A DNA stretch of 64,000 nucleotides from Schmidtea polychroa (taxonomy: Eukaryota): NCBI GenBank assembly GCA_044892525.1, contig CM097885.1, forward strand, positions 22,136,001-22,200,000. Reading direction: 5' to 3'. The notes beneath the pieces were generated by a model. The model worked only from the letters and a program-made list of their open reading frames with translations, was not told the DNA's origin and searched no databases. The translations under genes and the position numbers were made by a program. This document shows, one piece after another, positions 12,100 through 22,700 of the stretch. Position 1 is the first letter of the stretch, and every line of letters starts with the position of its first letter.

Positions 12100-12900
12100 T
12101 TTATAATGTTGTAACTACATAACTTTAGACTAAAATAACTTTGTAAAATTAACAACATATTTGTTTAAATAATTGAAACTAAGATAAATAATTAAAATGC
12201 AAATTAACGGTTTAATTCCAACACGATTTTTAGTAACAATTAGTCATCTTATAGCTGTTATATCAATTTTTCTTAAAAGAGTACGTTAGAATAAATTGGC
12301 TATGAGATGCTTATAAATATTCTAGGAAAGGTACACAACTATCGCGACAAGTGAAGATCAACAGTAAGTAAATATTTTACTCTTGTATTTCTCTTGATGT
12401 AAATTGATAAGGTTTATTGCCGGATTGTCATTTTCAATTTTTTTTCTTCTATTCGAATTGGGTAGTTTCATATGCGGTGTTACTATGTTTAAAAATACCT
12501 ATTCATTGTTCAGTAAATTTAAAATCGTTCATTAATTTAGTTATTGATTTATATTTTAGTGAGCATAATTCATGTTAGTGGAACGGTGTCATTGTGCTAC
12601 CTTATAACTAATAAATGGTCTGTATCGTATTTCTTTAACATATTTTATGGAACAATACTCGTACCAGTGACTTCAGAGATCATTTATATAATTTTCCGAT
12701 TGTGCATTCGACATAGTTTGTAGTGATATTTGAATAGATGAAATTTATTTTCTAATTTAATCGATTCTATATATTCATGTGGAAATTTTGGAAAGGATTT
12801 ATAAAAATTCAAATAATTCTAATAGAAATATAAATTAATAAAAAATTAATTTTGAATTTTAATTTAAAATTTAGTTTATTGAATTTTCTATGACAACAAT
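12100..12900 (-). mobile_element. Degenerate repeat, probable non-LTR retrotransposon ORF2 3' part (copy 1)
   Basis: Colinear similarity with 25740-26600 (e.g. AAATTAACGGTTTAATTCCA; ATGTTTAAAAATAC); the family assignment is weak. Confidence 0.4.
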
Positions 12901-13291
12901 TATTTCAGCCAATCAATTAATTTGATTTGATATGCCACTGCGAATGAGAATCAATATATCTAATTTATTGCGAATTACATTCTGGTTGCTTGAATATTAG
13001 CTTAAAATATATAATTCTATGAAATTTATTTGAATGATAATATTTCTGAATGACTCTAAAAGTTATGCTGAATTTTGAATTTTTTTATATACATTTTCAT
13101 GGTTTCATTCTTATCGTGATATTTTGTCGTGAAATCGGTTTTATGCATACAAGATACAAGGAGATTTGAGCATTATTTAGAGACATAAAATAATGTATAA
13201 TTTCCGAGTTCAGAAATCATTTATCAGTATCAATTCGTAGATTAATTGTGCTGATCACAGTACTTGGTCAGAACCAACTACTAATATAGAC

Positions 13292-13746
13292 CAGTGCTCG
13301 AAGTGAGGCGGGATAGCCGGGATATTACCCCGGCATTGATTATGTAGGCGGAATTGCATCCCGGCACTTCATTTCATATAATCTATAGGTTTATCCCGGT
13401 ACTTATTTCATTTCATAGGCACACAAATACTGCAATTAAGGTCACACATAGTACATCCATATATGTATGTATATATATATTCTCTATTCAATTAAGAATT
13501 TCCCAAGCAGCAGTAATGTATAGGTAGGTATATTCTCTTATTTATTTTAGTTAAACCAGCAAGTTGTTTGTTGAGTTATTTATACTGAGACCCCCTCTAT
13601 ATATAATGTGTCTATATATAAAATTTGTTGGACACCCCCCAAAGTTTTGCAACACACCCAACTAAAAATTTCTGCATAAAAGCTTGGAATCCCGGGTGCC
13701 ACAGCATGCCTATCCCGGCACATATTTTGTTCCACTTCGAGCACTG
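13292..13746. mobile_element. Non-autonomous hAT / MITE (455 bp)
   Basis: Perfect TIR CAGTGCTCGAAGTG; 8-bp TSD ATATAGAC; repeated subterminal CCCGG motifs. Confidence 0.92.
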
Positions 13747-14362
13747 ATATAGACAGCCACCTATGACACCAATTTTTAGAAACAAACATTCAAGTTTTTC
13801 AAAGCCATAAAATCATGATAATACAAAAATACTATGCTAATCTAAGTCAATTATTCCATGTTAATTCAAAATCTCTACAATAATTGCAAATTTTAAAACA
13901 CTTCAAACCATCTTGAAATCGCAATACACTTACATTCAAACAAATAATGTCATTTTTACTCTATATTAACTTCACGCACATTTTGTGAGGCCAAATTAAC
14001 TTGAGCTGAAATTTGGCAAGTAGATTTGTTATCGAGAACACTGCATGCTATCAACATTTCAGATCGATCTGATCACGGAAAGTTGGTTAATTTAAAAAAT
14101 ATTGATATGTAAAATCTAATATTATTTCCTTGTTTCAATATAAATTCTTAATTTTTCATTAGTGTTGGATTAAAGAGATAACGTAATTATATCTAAAATA
14201 TATTATATAAATTTGAACATTATGGCCATGTAGGTCTTAAGGTGTTAATTAGTGTTGGGACATTAATTAATTATTTTAAAACAAATTTAAAAAAGAACAA
14301 GTTAATTTGTTTAAATATTGTGTTTGTTAAATAAATAAATGTTTTGAATTTTTTTTGTAACT

Positions 14363-15271
14363 ATGAGTCTTACAAATGGTGTCAGAAACTCCGAAGTTGA
14401 CCATGTCTCGGTCAAAATTCCGGCCATTTTTCAAAATCAAAGTCTATGGTTCAAGCAAGTGGAGGCCAGCTTCAAGATATCCAGAATTACAGAAGAGACC
14501 ACAAAGTATTTTCATTTAATTTCAAATCTCCCAACAACGTTGCTAACAAAGTACGAACACTTACTGGACTCAGAAACCGAACTTCCATACACCACTCTGA
14601 AGGAAGCAATCTTAGCTGGTTTTGAACTATCAAGGACAATATCACTAACTGACCTGATGAGAGACGACTGCCTGGGAGATCGATCTCCATCAGAAGCGCT
14701 TCAACACATTACAGGACAAATACAAAGAATAGACACATCCATGGACCCATTCAACAGTCCTATATCTCGGGAATTATTCATGCGACTACTACCAAGATCT
14801 GTTCAAGACATCCTATTATCGATGCCATCGACGGACCTTCGGAAATTAGCGATCACAGCAGACAGAATAATGATATCAAAGCGTCAATCAGTGAAGGCAA
14901 TTGAACACGAAGATTGCAATAATCAAGAAGTAGGAGACAAGACGAGAACAATCATGGAACTGCAGGAAGAAATAAATGCAATACGACAACAATTGAACAA
15001 TAAAAACACCGGTAAGTTATGTTTTTATCATAGTAAATTTGGGCATAGGGCGATGAAATGTCAACCGCCATGTGAATGGAATGCAAATCAGAACGACAAC
15101 TATCAATCGAGGAAGTACAACAGAGAGAAATATCAAAATTTCGAACCGTCAAACATATCGTCAAGGAACAACAACAACAATTTCAACAAAAACAGCAACT
15201 TCAACAAAAACGGCAACTTCAACAGCAACAACCACAGAGAGAACCAGGGAAACGAGAGAAGGTTTCATTGA
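14363..15271 (+). CDS. gag: Gag of element B (302 aa)
   Basis: VKIP...LWFKQVEASF N-terminus and the CHCC motif CFYHSKFGHRAMKCQPPC typical of CsRn1-clade Gag. Confidence 0.9.
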   Translation: MSLTNGVRNSEVDHVSVKIPAIFQNQSLWFKQVEASFKISRITEETTKYFHLISNLPTTLLTKYEHLLDSETELPYTTLKEAILAGFELSRTISLTDLMRDDCLGDRSPSEALQHITGQIQRIDTSMDPFNSPISRELFMRLLPRSVQDILLSMPSTDLRKLAITADRIMISKRQSVKAIEHEDCNNQEVGDKTRTIMELQEEINAIRQQLNNKNTGKLCFYHSKFGHRAMKCQPPCEWNANQNDNYQSRKYNREKYQNFEPSNISSRNNNNNFNKNSNFNKNGNFNSNNHRENQGNERRFH

Positions 15272-18228
15272 ACCCGAACAGTGAAACCTACAAAATCATA
15301 TCTTCTTTCTCGGGACAAAACAACTCACAAATATTCGAAATACCAGCAATCATAAATGGAGAACAAATTGACTTTCTCATAGATACAGGCGCTGATCTCA
15401 GCATCCTTCCCGCAAACCGTTTCAAGCCTGATAGAAATGGAGAACATCGATCTTTAGTATCCGCCAACAATTCATCAATCACATACCACGGGCAGAAAAC
15501 GATTGAATTTACTATTGAAGGATTCAGAACTAAATTTATATGGTCTTTCGCTATAGCCGGCATATCTCGTCCAATTCTAGGTGCAGACTTCCTGGCCCAT
15601 CACAAAATCGATGTTAGTTGTCATTCCAGATCAATATGTTGCCCTAGCAGTAACGAAAGAACAGAAGCGCGGAGAAGCCAATGTGCCAAGATCTGTGCTA
15701 CAATCAACAAAGAAAACACATTAACCACGAAACTACAAATTATCACCAATGGTTCCCCTGTAGCTCAAAGACAAAGACCACTTTTTGGAGAAAAATTAGT
15801 TGCAACAAAGAAAGAGTTTGACAGACTCTTAAATGAAGGTGTGATTCGGCCAAGCAAGAGTGACTGGGCATCTCCATTAGTAGTGGTTAAGAAGCCGGAT
15901 GGATCATGGCGGCCTTGTGGAGACTACAGAATGTTAAATGAAATAACCCAGCCTGACAGATATCCACTTCCGAGAATTCAAGATTTACTGAACAAGATAA
16001 ACAACCCTCATGTATTCACTAAATTAGATTTGGAAAAGGCATATCATCAAATTCCGATTTGTGACGGAGACATTTCAAAGACAGCAGTCATAACACCTTT
16101 TGGATTGTTCGAATATACGAAGATGCCTTTTGGACTTCGAAACGCATCTCAAACGTTTCAGAGACACATGGACAACGTACTCCGAGAACACCAGGAGCAT
16201 TCCTTATCCTATATTGATGATGTTCTGATATTCTCCAAGACTGAAGCAGAGCATAAAGAACACGTGGCAAGGGTGATGGCCAGTCTTCAAGCCGCTGGTC
16301 TCACAATGAACCAGAGCAAATGCGAATTCCAAACCGAAAAGGTAAACTTTTTGGGTTTTGAATTAACAAAACAAGGAATAAAACCCTCTGAAGAACGCAC
16401 GTTGGCAATTAGCAATTTAAAGAAGCCAACTAACAGTCAAGATTTACGACGTTTTATTGGTGGCATCGGCTATTATCACTGGCTAATTCCTAGGCTGTCG
16501 GATACACTGAGTCCACTGCATGACTTGTTACAAGAGTCGGTCAATAAAAAGGAAGATCTCTTATGGCAAGACTGCCATACACACGCTTTCATGAGTGCCA
16601 AAAATTCGGTACGTGAAATCAGCAACGTTTCATATCCTAACCCGTCCAAGCCATTCCTACTATGCACTGACGCATCTTCTAAAGCAATTGGAGCAAGTCT
16701 AAGTCAAATCAACGAAGAAAATAAATCATTTCCAATCGCTTTCTTTTCGAGGAAATTAAATCTAACCGAACAGAAGTATTCCACCTTTGACAGGGAGTTA
16801 CTGGCAATATTCTTATCTATAAAACATTTTAAGCATTTTTTAGACGGTTCTCATTTCACAGTCATGACGGACCACAAACCTTTACTACGAGCTAGACATA
16901 TGAAAGATCCATCGCCAAGGCAATGGCGAATAATCGAATACCTTGATCAATTTGATTTTACCATCGAATTCATCAAAGGGGAAGATAATGTAGTCGCCGA
17001 TCTCTTGTCCAGACCATGCAGTAATCAAAACCTACAAGTATCAACGGTGGAAATTAATTTCGTCGAATTCACGAAAGAAAGGTTAAAAGAAGAACAAAGG
17101 AAAGATCAGACCTTATCTACACTGAAAAATGCAAGTCTCCAGTTATGTAGTACTACGGATGACATTCTCATTGACAATTCTACGGGGGAAACCAGAGTAG
17201 TACTGCCAAAAATATTCCGACATCAAGAATTTCTAAGAATTCATAACATATCGCATCCAGCATCCAAACCAACGATAGAACTGATCAAGGCGAGATATGT
17301 GTGGCCTCAGATGAAAAGCGAGATCAGAGAGTGGTGTAGACAATGTCAAAGATGTCAAAGTGCAAAAATAGCAAGACACACACATGCTCCTTTGGGCACT
17401 ATAGAAACCAAAGGAAGGTTCATTACAGTCCATCTAGATATAGTGGGTCCCCTTCCGAGCGTCGATAACAAGAGATACATCATGACAATGATAGACCGAG
17501 GAACGTCATGGGTTGAAGCAATTCCTATATATGATATCACAGCAGATATGATCATAAGAACATTTGAAAGAGAGTGGATCAGTCGCTTTGGTGTTCCAGA
17601 AATTGTCATAACAGATCAAGGAACACAATTTGAATCAGAAAAATTCTCCAATTTCTGCAAGGTAATGGGAATCGAAAGGAGGCGAACAACAGCCTATCAC
17701 CCTCAATCCAATGGGAAGATAGAAAGATGGCACAGAGCCCTGAAAAACTCAATAAGAGCCGCATCAGAAGACTCCTCCAAGATGTGGGCTCATGATCTCC
17801 CCAAAATTCTACTCAGTCTAAGAAACTGCACGAAGTCCAATGGGTCTCCATCAGCAGCGCAACTCACATTCGGTTGTCGAGCTAGATTACCAGGAGATTT
17901 TGTCATTAGTGAACCAACATTAACCGATATCGAAGAGAAGTTGACATCGATTCAAGAGGAAATCGACTCACAACTAAATAACAAACAAACAAGCCAACCA
18001 AAAGAACATAGTTTTGTAAGCAAACTATTAGTTCACTGCCAAAGAGTGTGGCTTCGATCTGAATTTAGGAAATCGTTAGAAGATCCGTACACGGGACCAT
18101 ACGACGTCATAGAAAGATCCGATGACAGTAAAACGGTAAAAATCAAAATCGGAGACCAAGTAAAAAATGTTAGCATCGACCGTCTCAAGCCATGGATTGG
18201 AACGGACGAATTTGCTCCGCAATCTTAA
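15247..18228 (+). CDS. pol: Pol of element B, expressed via -1 frameshift at G_GGA_AAC (15247-15253)
   Basis: FLIDTGAD protease, YIDD RT, TDAS..TDHKPL RNase H, HHCC plus DDE integrase, GPY; pol is in the -1 frame relative to gag. Confidence 0.93.
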   Translation, partial: GKREKVSLNPNSETYKIISSFSGQNNSQIFEIPAIINGEQIDFLIDTGADLSILPANRFKPDRNGEHRSLVSANNSSITYHGQKTIEFTIEGFRTKFIWSFAIAGISRPILGADFLAHHKIDVSCHSRSICCPSSNERTEARRSQCAKICATINKENTLTTKLQIITNGSPVAQRQRPLFGEKLVATKKEFDRLLNEGVIRPSKSDWASPLVVVKKPDGSWRPCGDYRMLNEITQPDRYPLPRIQDLLNKINNPHVFTKLDLEKAYHQIPICDGDISKTAVITPFGLFEYTKMPFGLRNASQTFQRHMDNVLREHQEHSLSYIDDVLIFSKTEAEHKEHVARVMASLQAAGLTMNQSKCEFQTEKVNFLGFELTKQGIKPSEERTLAISNLKKPTNSQDLRRFIGGIGYYHWLIPRLSDTLSPLHDLLQESVNKKEDLLWQDCHTHAFMSAKNSVREISNVSYPNPSKPFLLCTDASSKAIGASLSQINEENKSFPIAFFSRKLNLTEQKYSTFDRELLAIFLSIKHFKHFLDGSHFTVMTDHKPLLRARHMKDPSPRQWRIIEYLDQFDFTIEFIKGEDNVVADLLSRPCSNQNLQVSTVEINFVEFTKERLKEEQRKDQTLSTLKNASLQLCSTTDDILIDNSTGETRVVLPKIFRHQEFLRIHNISHPASKPTIELIKARYVWPQMKSEIREWCRQCQRCQSAKIARHTHAPLGTIETKGRFITVHLDIVGPLPSVDNKRYIMTMIDRGTSWVEAIPIYDITADMIIRTFEREWISRFGVPEIVITDQGTQFESEKFSNFCKVMGIERRRTTAYHPQSNGKIERWHRALKNSIRAASEDSSKMWAHDLPKILLSLRNCTKSNGSPSAAQLTFGCRARLPGDFVISEPTLTDIEEKLTSIQEEIDSQLNNKQTSQPKEHSFVSKLLVHCQRVWLRSEFRKSLEDPYTGPYDVIERSDDSKTVKIKIGDQVKNVSIDRLKPWIGTDEFAPQS

Positions 18229-18648
18229 GGGGGAGTTGTGTTGGGACATTAATTAATTATTTTAAAACAAATTTAAAAAAGAACAAGTTAATTTGTTTAA
18301 ATATTGTGTTTGTTAAATAAATAAATGTTTTGAATTTTTTTTGTAACTATGAGTCTTACAATTAGTATGAAAAGTTTTAGTTTTGAGTGAAATATAGAGT
18401 TTCATAGATCATGTTTTTATGGTTGATTTTTTGTTATAATTCAGACATTTTGTCGTATCTATCTTTCAGTGCCTGCTTTATCTGAAATGTGTTTTTGTAC
18501 TAATAAAACATTAACATAGTAATGAAAAATATTTAAAAATTAATCAATTATGCTAACTGTGAAATGGGGTACCGTTATTATTGGCTGCATAGGGCTTCAT
18601 ATTGCATGTGAAAGGCTCTGTACTTGGTACTTTTCAATTACCCACCTG

Positions 18649-18979
18649 GGTGGTCAGACAAGGGCGCACAAGTCAAATACTCACAAGTGAAATGCGCCCA
18701 AGATATATCTTCTCAGTGTCAGATGCGTACAAAAGATTAAAAATATGGATTTACAGTAAATAGTTTTATATTAAAATTGTATGCATTTATAATAATAATT
18801 AAATAATAAATATGTACAAAATAAATTTTTATTTATTGCATATATTGTCACATTAATTAAATATAAAATAGTTGAAAAATTCTAAAAATTGACAGACCGT
18901 CTATCTTGTTTTAGCGCATTTGTCATCGTGCGTACCTGTCACTTTGATGTTATGTCTTGTGCGCACTTACCATGTAACC
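18649..18979. mobile_element. MULE-like MITE
   Basis: Imperfect TIRs (GG..CAAGGGCGCACAAG / CTTGTGCGCACTT..CC); degenerate 9-bp TSD ACCCACCTG / ATCCACTTG. Confidence 0.6.
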
Positions 18980-19728
18980 ATCCACTTGGGTTGAAAAATT
19001 GTCAATGCTTTTATAATTGATCCTTTAAGAGGTTTGCATTCTGCTATTATTAGTTTTAGCTTCGTTCAAATTACTATTTTACTTCACAAGATAAAACATA
19101 AGTTGATAAATTAAAAAATTAAAAAATTAATTATATTAAATAATGAAGAAATACAAATAATACGGTTTTAAAATATTTATGATGTTGTACCAAGACTGAC
19201 AATATTTAGAATGGTTTCAACATCATGGCAAAATTTTCACATGTAATCAACAAGAATTTGAATTTAAAATATGAGAGCAAACACGAAATATCACCAAGAT
19301 ACCAAAAATTAACAATAAGGGAATAGAAATATATATAAAATTCAAACCTAGCAACAAGTTGTATAAAATATCAAAACATACGAAAAACAAGAAATTGATT
19401 ATATTACAAATGTGAGGTTTTAAATACTCAATTTATGTCACTTATAATTAAATAAAAATAATATTGATTAAAAAATTTATTGATTCAGATATATACTTTA
19501 AACATTGATTTACCTTCACCGAGCAGATTCACTCTGATAAATGCTTTAAATTTAGGTGTATGTTTTTTTAAGGATGCTTAAATAATCGTTAAAATATAAA
19601 TTTATATTAATTAATTTAAATAAAAAAGAAATTTAAGTGTTTTAGGAATAAAAATTAAAGTACAGTATTAAGATTGGTATTTTTTTTAAAAGTTAATAAT
19701 TTTTTTAAATAAAACCTTTTAAAACTTC

Positions 19729-22700
19729 TGTTGGCGTATGTGGGGAGAAAAGAAAACTTATCACCAGACCACACATCCCGTTCATTTGACTCAGATCCTT
19801 CCCCATCATACTCCAAGTGACCTTACAGATATTCCCTCATTTGAGCCCGTGGAGGTCTTACACGTTGGTGATGCTCACATGGGTTGGAGTTAGTTAACAG
19901 GTGAGCCCCTGCCTTAGGACTGCTATTAACCTCCTCACGGTTCGGGTTCCAAGGTGCCATAGAAGGTCTTACCCTTACACTTACGCACAACTCGGTTCGA
20001 CCCTGGTCCAAGGGGACGACCTTTATCCGATGACTTTCACTTCGATTCAGCAATCAAACCAAACTATGCACTCAACAATCTCGTAAATAACTCAATAAAT
20101 GTCAAGAAAAATTTTTTTTATTAATTCCGCTACGTACATTGAATACACCCAAAAAAAATGTATATACACCAGTGTCTTGTTAGATGATGAGGGTAAGCCC
20201 ATCACTACATTTACCCTAGACAAATACTACAGGACAGGGCCCAAAAAATATAGAGTAAATGTGTACGCCGAAGAGCGCAGATAGATAAATATTCCAACAA
20301 ACAACCCAATTTCAAGCAAATCAATTCAACCCAAAGACAACCCAGCAATCTGAAAACTGACTAAATCGTCGAGCAAACTATGCATATTCTATCTTATCAA
20401 CAATTGTGTAAATATAATTGACTATTCTATCTTATTAACAATTGTGACAATCCATGTATATTTTATCTTATTTATATGTATATTTTATCTTATTTTCCGT
20501 CTGAATATTTTTATCTTATTTTCCGTTTGAATATTTATGTAGAATGTTAATATTTTATCGGGTGTATGTATTTAATAGATTTTATTAGTTAACATCTTAA
20601 TTATATACAAGGGAAAAATATTTTAATAATTTTAATTTGATATTTCAAACTAATAACAATAAATTTCAAAATTCAATTTTTAATTGTAAACTTCAATTAA
20701 TTTTATATTTCAAACGAATTGTAAAGGAAGAATTTTTTAGAACAGCTGGTTTAGAACAGCTGAGAAATTTTGACAAAAAACAATAACACTTTAAATAAAA
20801 TAATTAATTTTAAAACTAGGAAATAATAATCAATTAAATTTTAAGTATGTAAATTAACAACAGCTGCCCGTAAAAATAGTATAAATAGCGACAAAAAATT
20901 AGTTTTAGTCGCCCAAAAAATAGCGCAAAGATTTTTTATTCGAAGGTAAATCCTGAGGATAATTCAATCATTTGAATCAGCACAAAACGATTCACAAATA
21001 GTAAAAGCTTACGAAGACACAACACGCATATACAACAAATAACAATAAACATACTTTCTTTTGCACGCATTTCAGTTGGAGAATTTAACAAACGAGTATC
21101 GATTTTTCAGAATTGTAATTGGATTATATTTGGTAAATTTTACTTTCAATAAACCTTTATATACGTCTTTATTTGTTTTGTTATATATATAAGAACCAGT
21201 AAGTTGAGTGTTCCCGATTAACGAGACCTCAACAGTCTAATGAACAACTAAAATGCACAAATGAATTGTTAGTAGGCAAGGATCGCAGTTAGGCCTGTCA
21301 GGACGAATTAAGCTGGTCACCGACGTTATGTCTGATCATTGAAAAATTTCCCCTTCCGCTAACATTTCGTCTATGTCTACGGGTAACCGGCGATCCGCAA
21401 GATACTGGATTCCATCAGCCGGAACCACTCTAAATATTTCTTGGTTTGGGATTGAATGGGACTCGGATATTTCCTTGATGGTGGATTGGGCCACCGATAA
21501 CGAGGCTTCTAGTGCTGCTATGGTGTTTCGGCGCTTTTTATTTTTCTCAGCGCGTGTCGGCCGCTTACGTTTTCGATTTGGCGCTGTAGTTTCAACAGTT
21601 GGCTGTATCCGAGGAGGCTGAAGAGTTGGAGCCAAGATGGGGTTCGATGGACCCGTTGTCGTGGGCCTAGGACTCGAGAGGACTGGAGCGAAGATGGGGG
21701 ACAATTGCGGGTTGTGTCCCTTGCAGCGGGTTGTTGATGGAACCTCGGAAACCTGATGATGAATCGGGAACACATTTGTCCCGTCTTGAATTGGGTATTC
21801 TCGAACCCTCTTCGAGATCTCGACGTCTGTGTAGATTTTATGCAGGGCCTCTGATTGGGCCTTTATCGTGAGCCTCTGGCACCTACTTTCCTCCAGGAGA
21901 CTGTCGCGACAGTGCTCCAATCTCGAGATTTTCTGACGCTCCTCCTTCATTTGTGGACGGGAGAACCACGTGCCCTCGTATAAGTCAATACGTTTCTTTA
22001 AGGCCCCGATATAGGCGTGGAGTTTATTAATGTCTTCATTTTTGTCCGAACAGGAGAAACATGGACGAAGATCTTTTCCAGATTTAATTGGTGCAGTCAT
22101 CTAAATTTAAAGAAGTTTTTCGATCATGGTTAAAGGCAATCATTGGTGTATCGTTTACAGAGATGTCAGGTGTTTGGTGCAGCATCCTCAGGCGTTTCCC
22201 TCGGTGATCCTCAGCGGATCTCTGGTCACTCGCAAACGTTCATACCCCTTCACTCTCAAGCATGCCCATTCAGTCACTCCAATTCATGCTAATTAAGATA
22301 AAACGGGGATTGTTAACGATGTATTCACTATATTCCCAACATACAGGGTATTTTAGTTTTACCAATTATTATTTAATCCACTCCTCACTTCGGTAAGCGT
22401 ATATTTTTACATTTACAAACTCCTTATTGTTGTAAACCATCAGCTGGGCTAAGGTCATTTGATATTATGACCGATTACGCGATTGTTCATGTTATACTAC
22501 GGGAAACGAATAAATTCCCCTTGATGTCCTCAACCTCGTGGTGCAGAGAAATAGATATATTTAGGAAAATTATAAGTCTTAATTAATTTTAGCAGACAAT
22601 TGTAGAATTTATTGACTTCGCGACGTAGATATTGTCATGGAAAATCTCACCGTTCTGTGCTGTCGTCACTCTATCCCCTGTCCTGTGCGTGCAAAATGGC

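Larger units (their letters stand above)
14253..18360 (+). mobile_element. Intact Ty3/gypsy LTR retrotransposon B (CsRn1/Kabuki-like)
   Basis: Identical 122-bp TG..CA LTRs 14253-14374 and 18239-18360; 5-bp TSD ATTAG; PBS TGGTGTCAGAA 14377-14387; PPT AAGGGGGAG; uninterrupted gag and pol. Confidence 0.97.

Noticed and set aside
13850..14150. Possible Tc1/mariner-like MITE
   Set aside because: Could not define TIRs or a TSD.
15076..15246. Poly-Q N-terminus of the 1050-aa ORF as a real protein start
   Set aside because: It is the alternative frame of the Asn-rich gag tail upstream of the slippery site.
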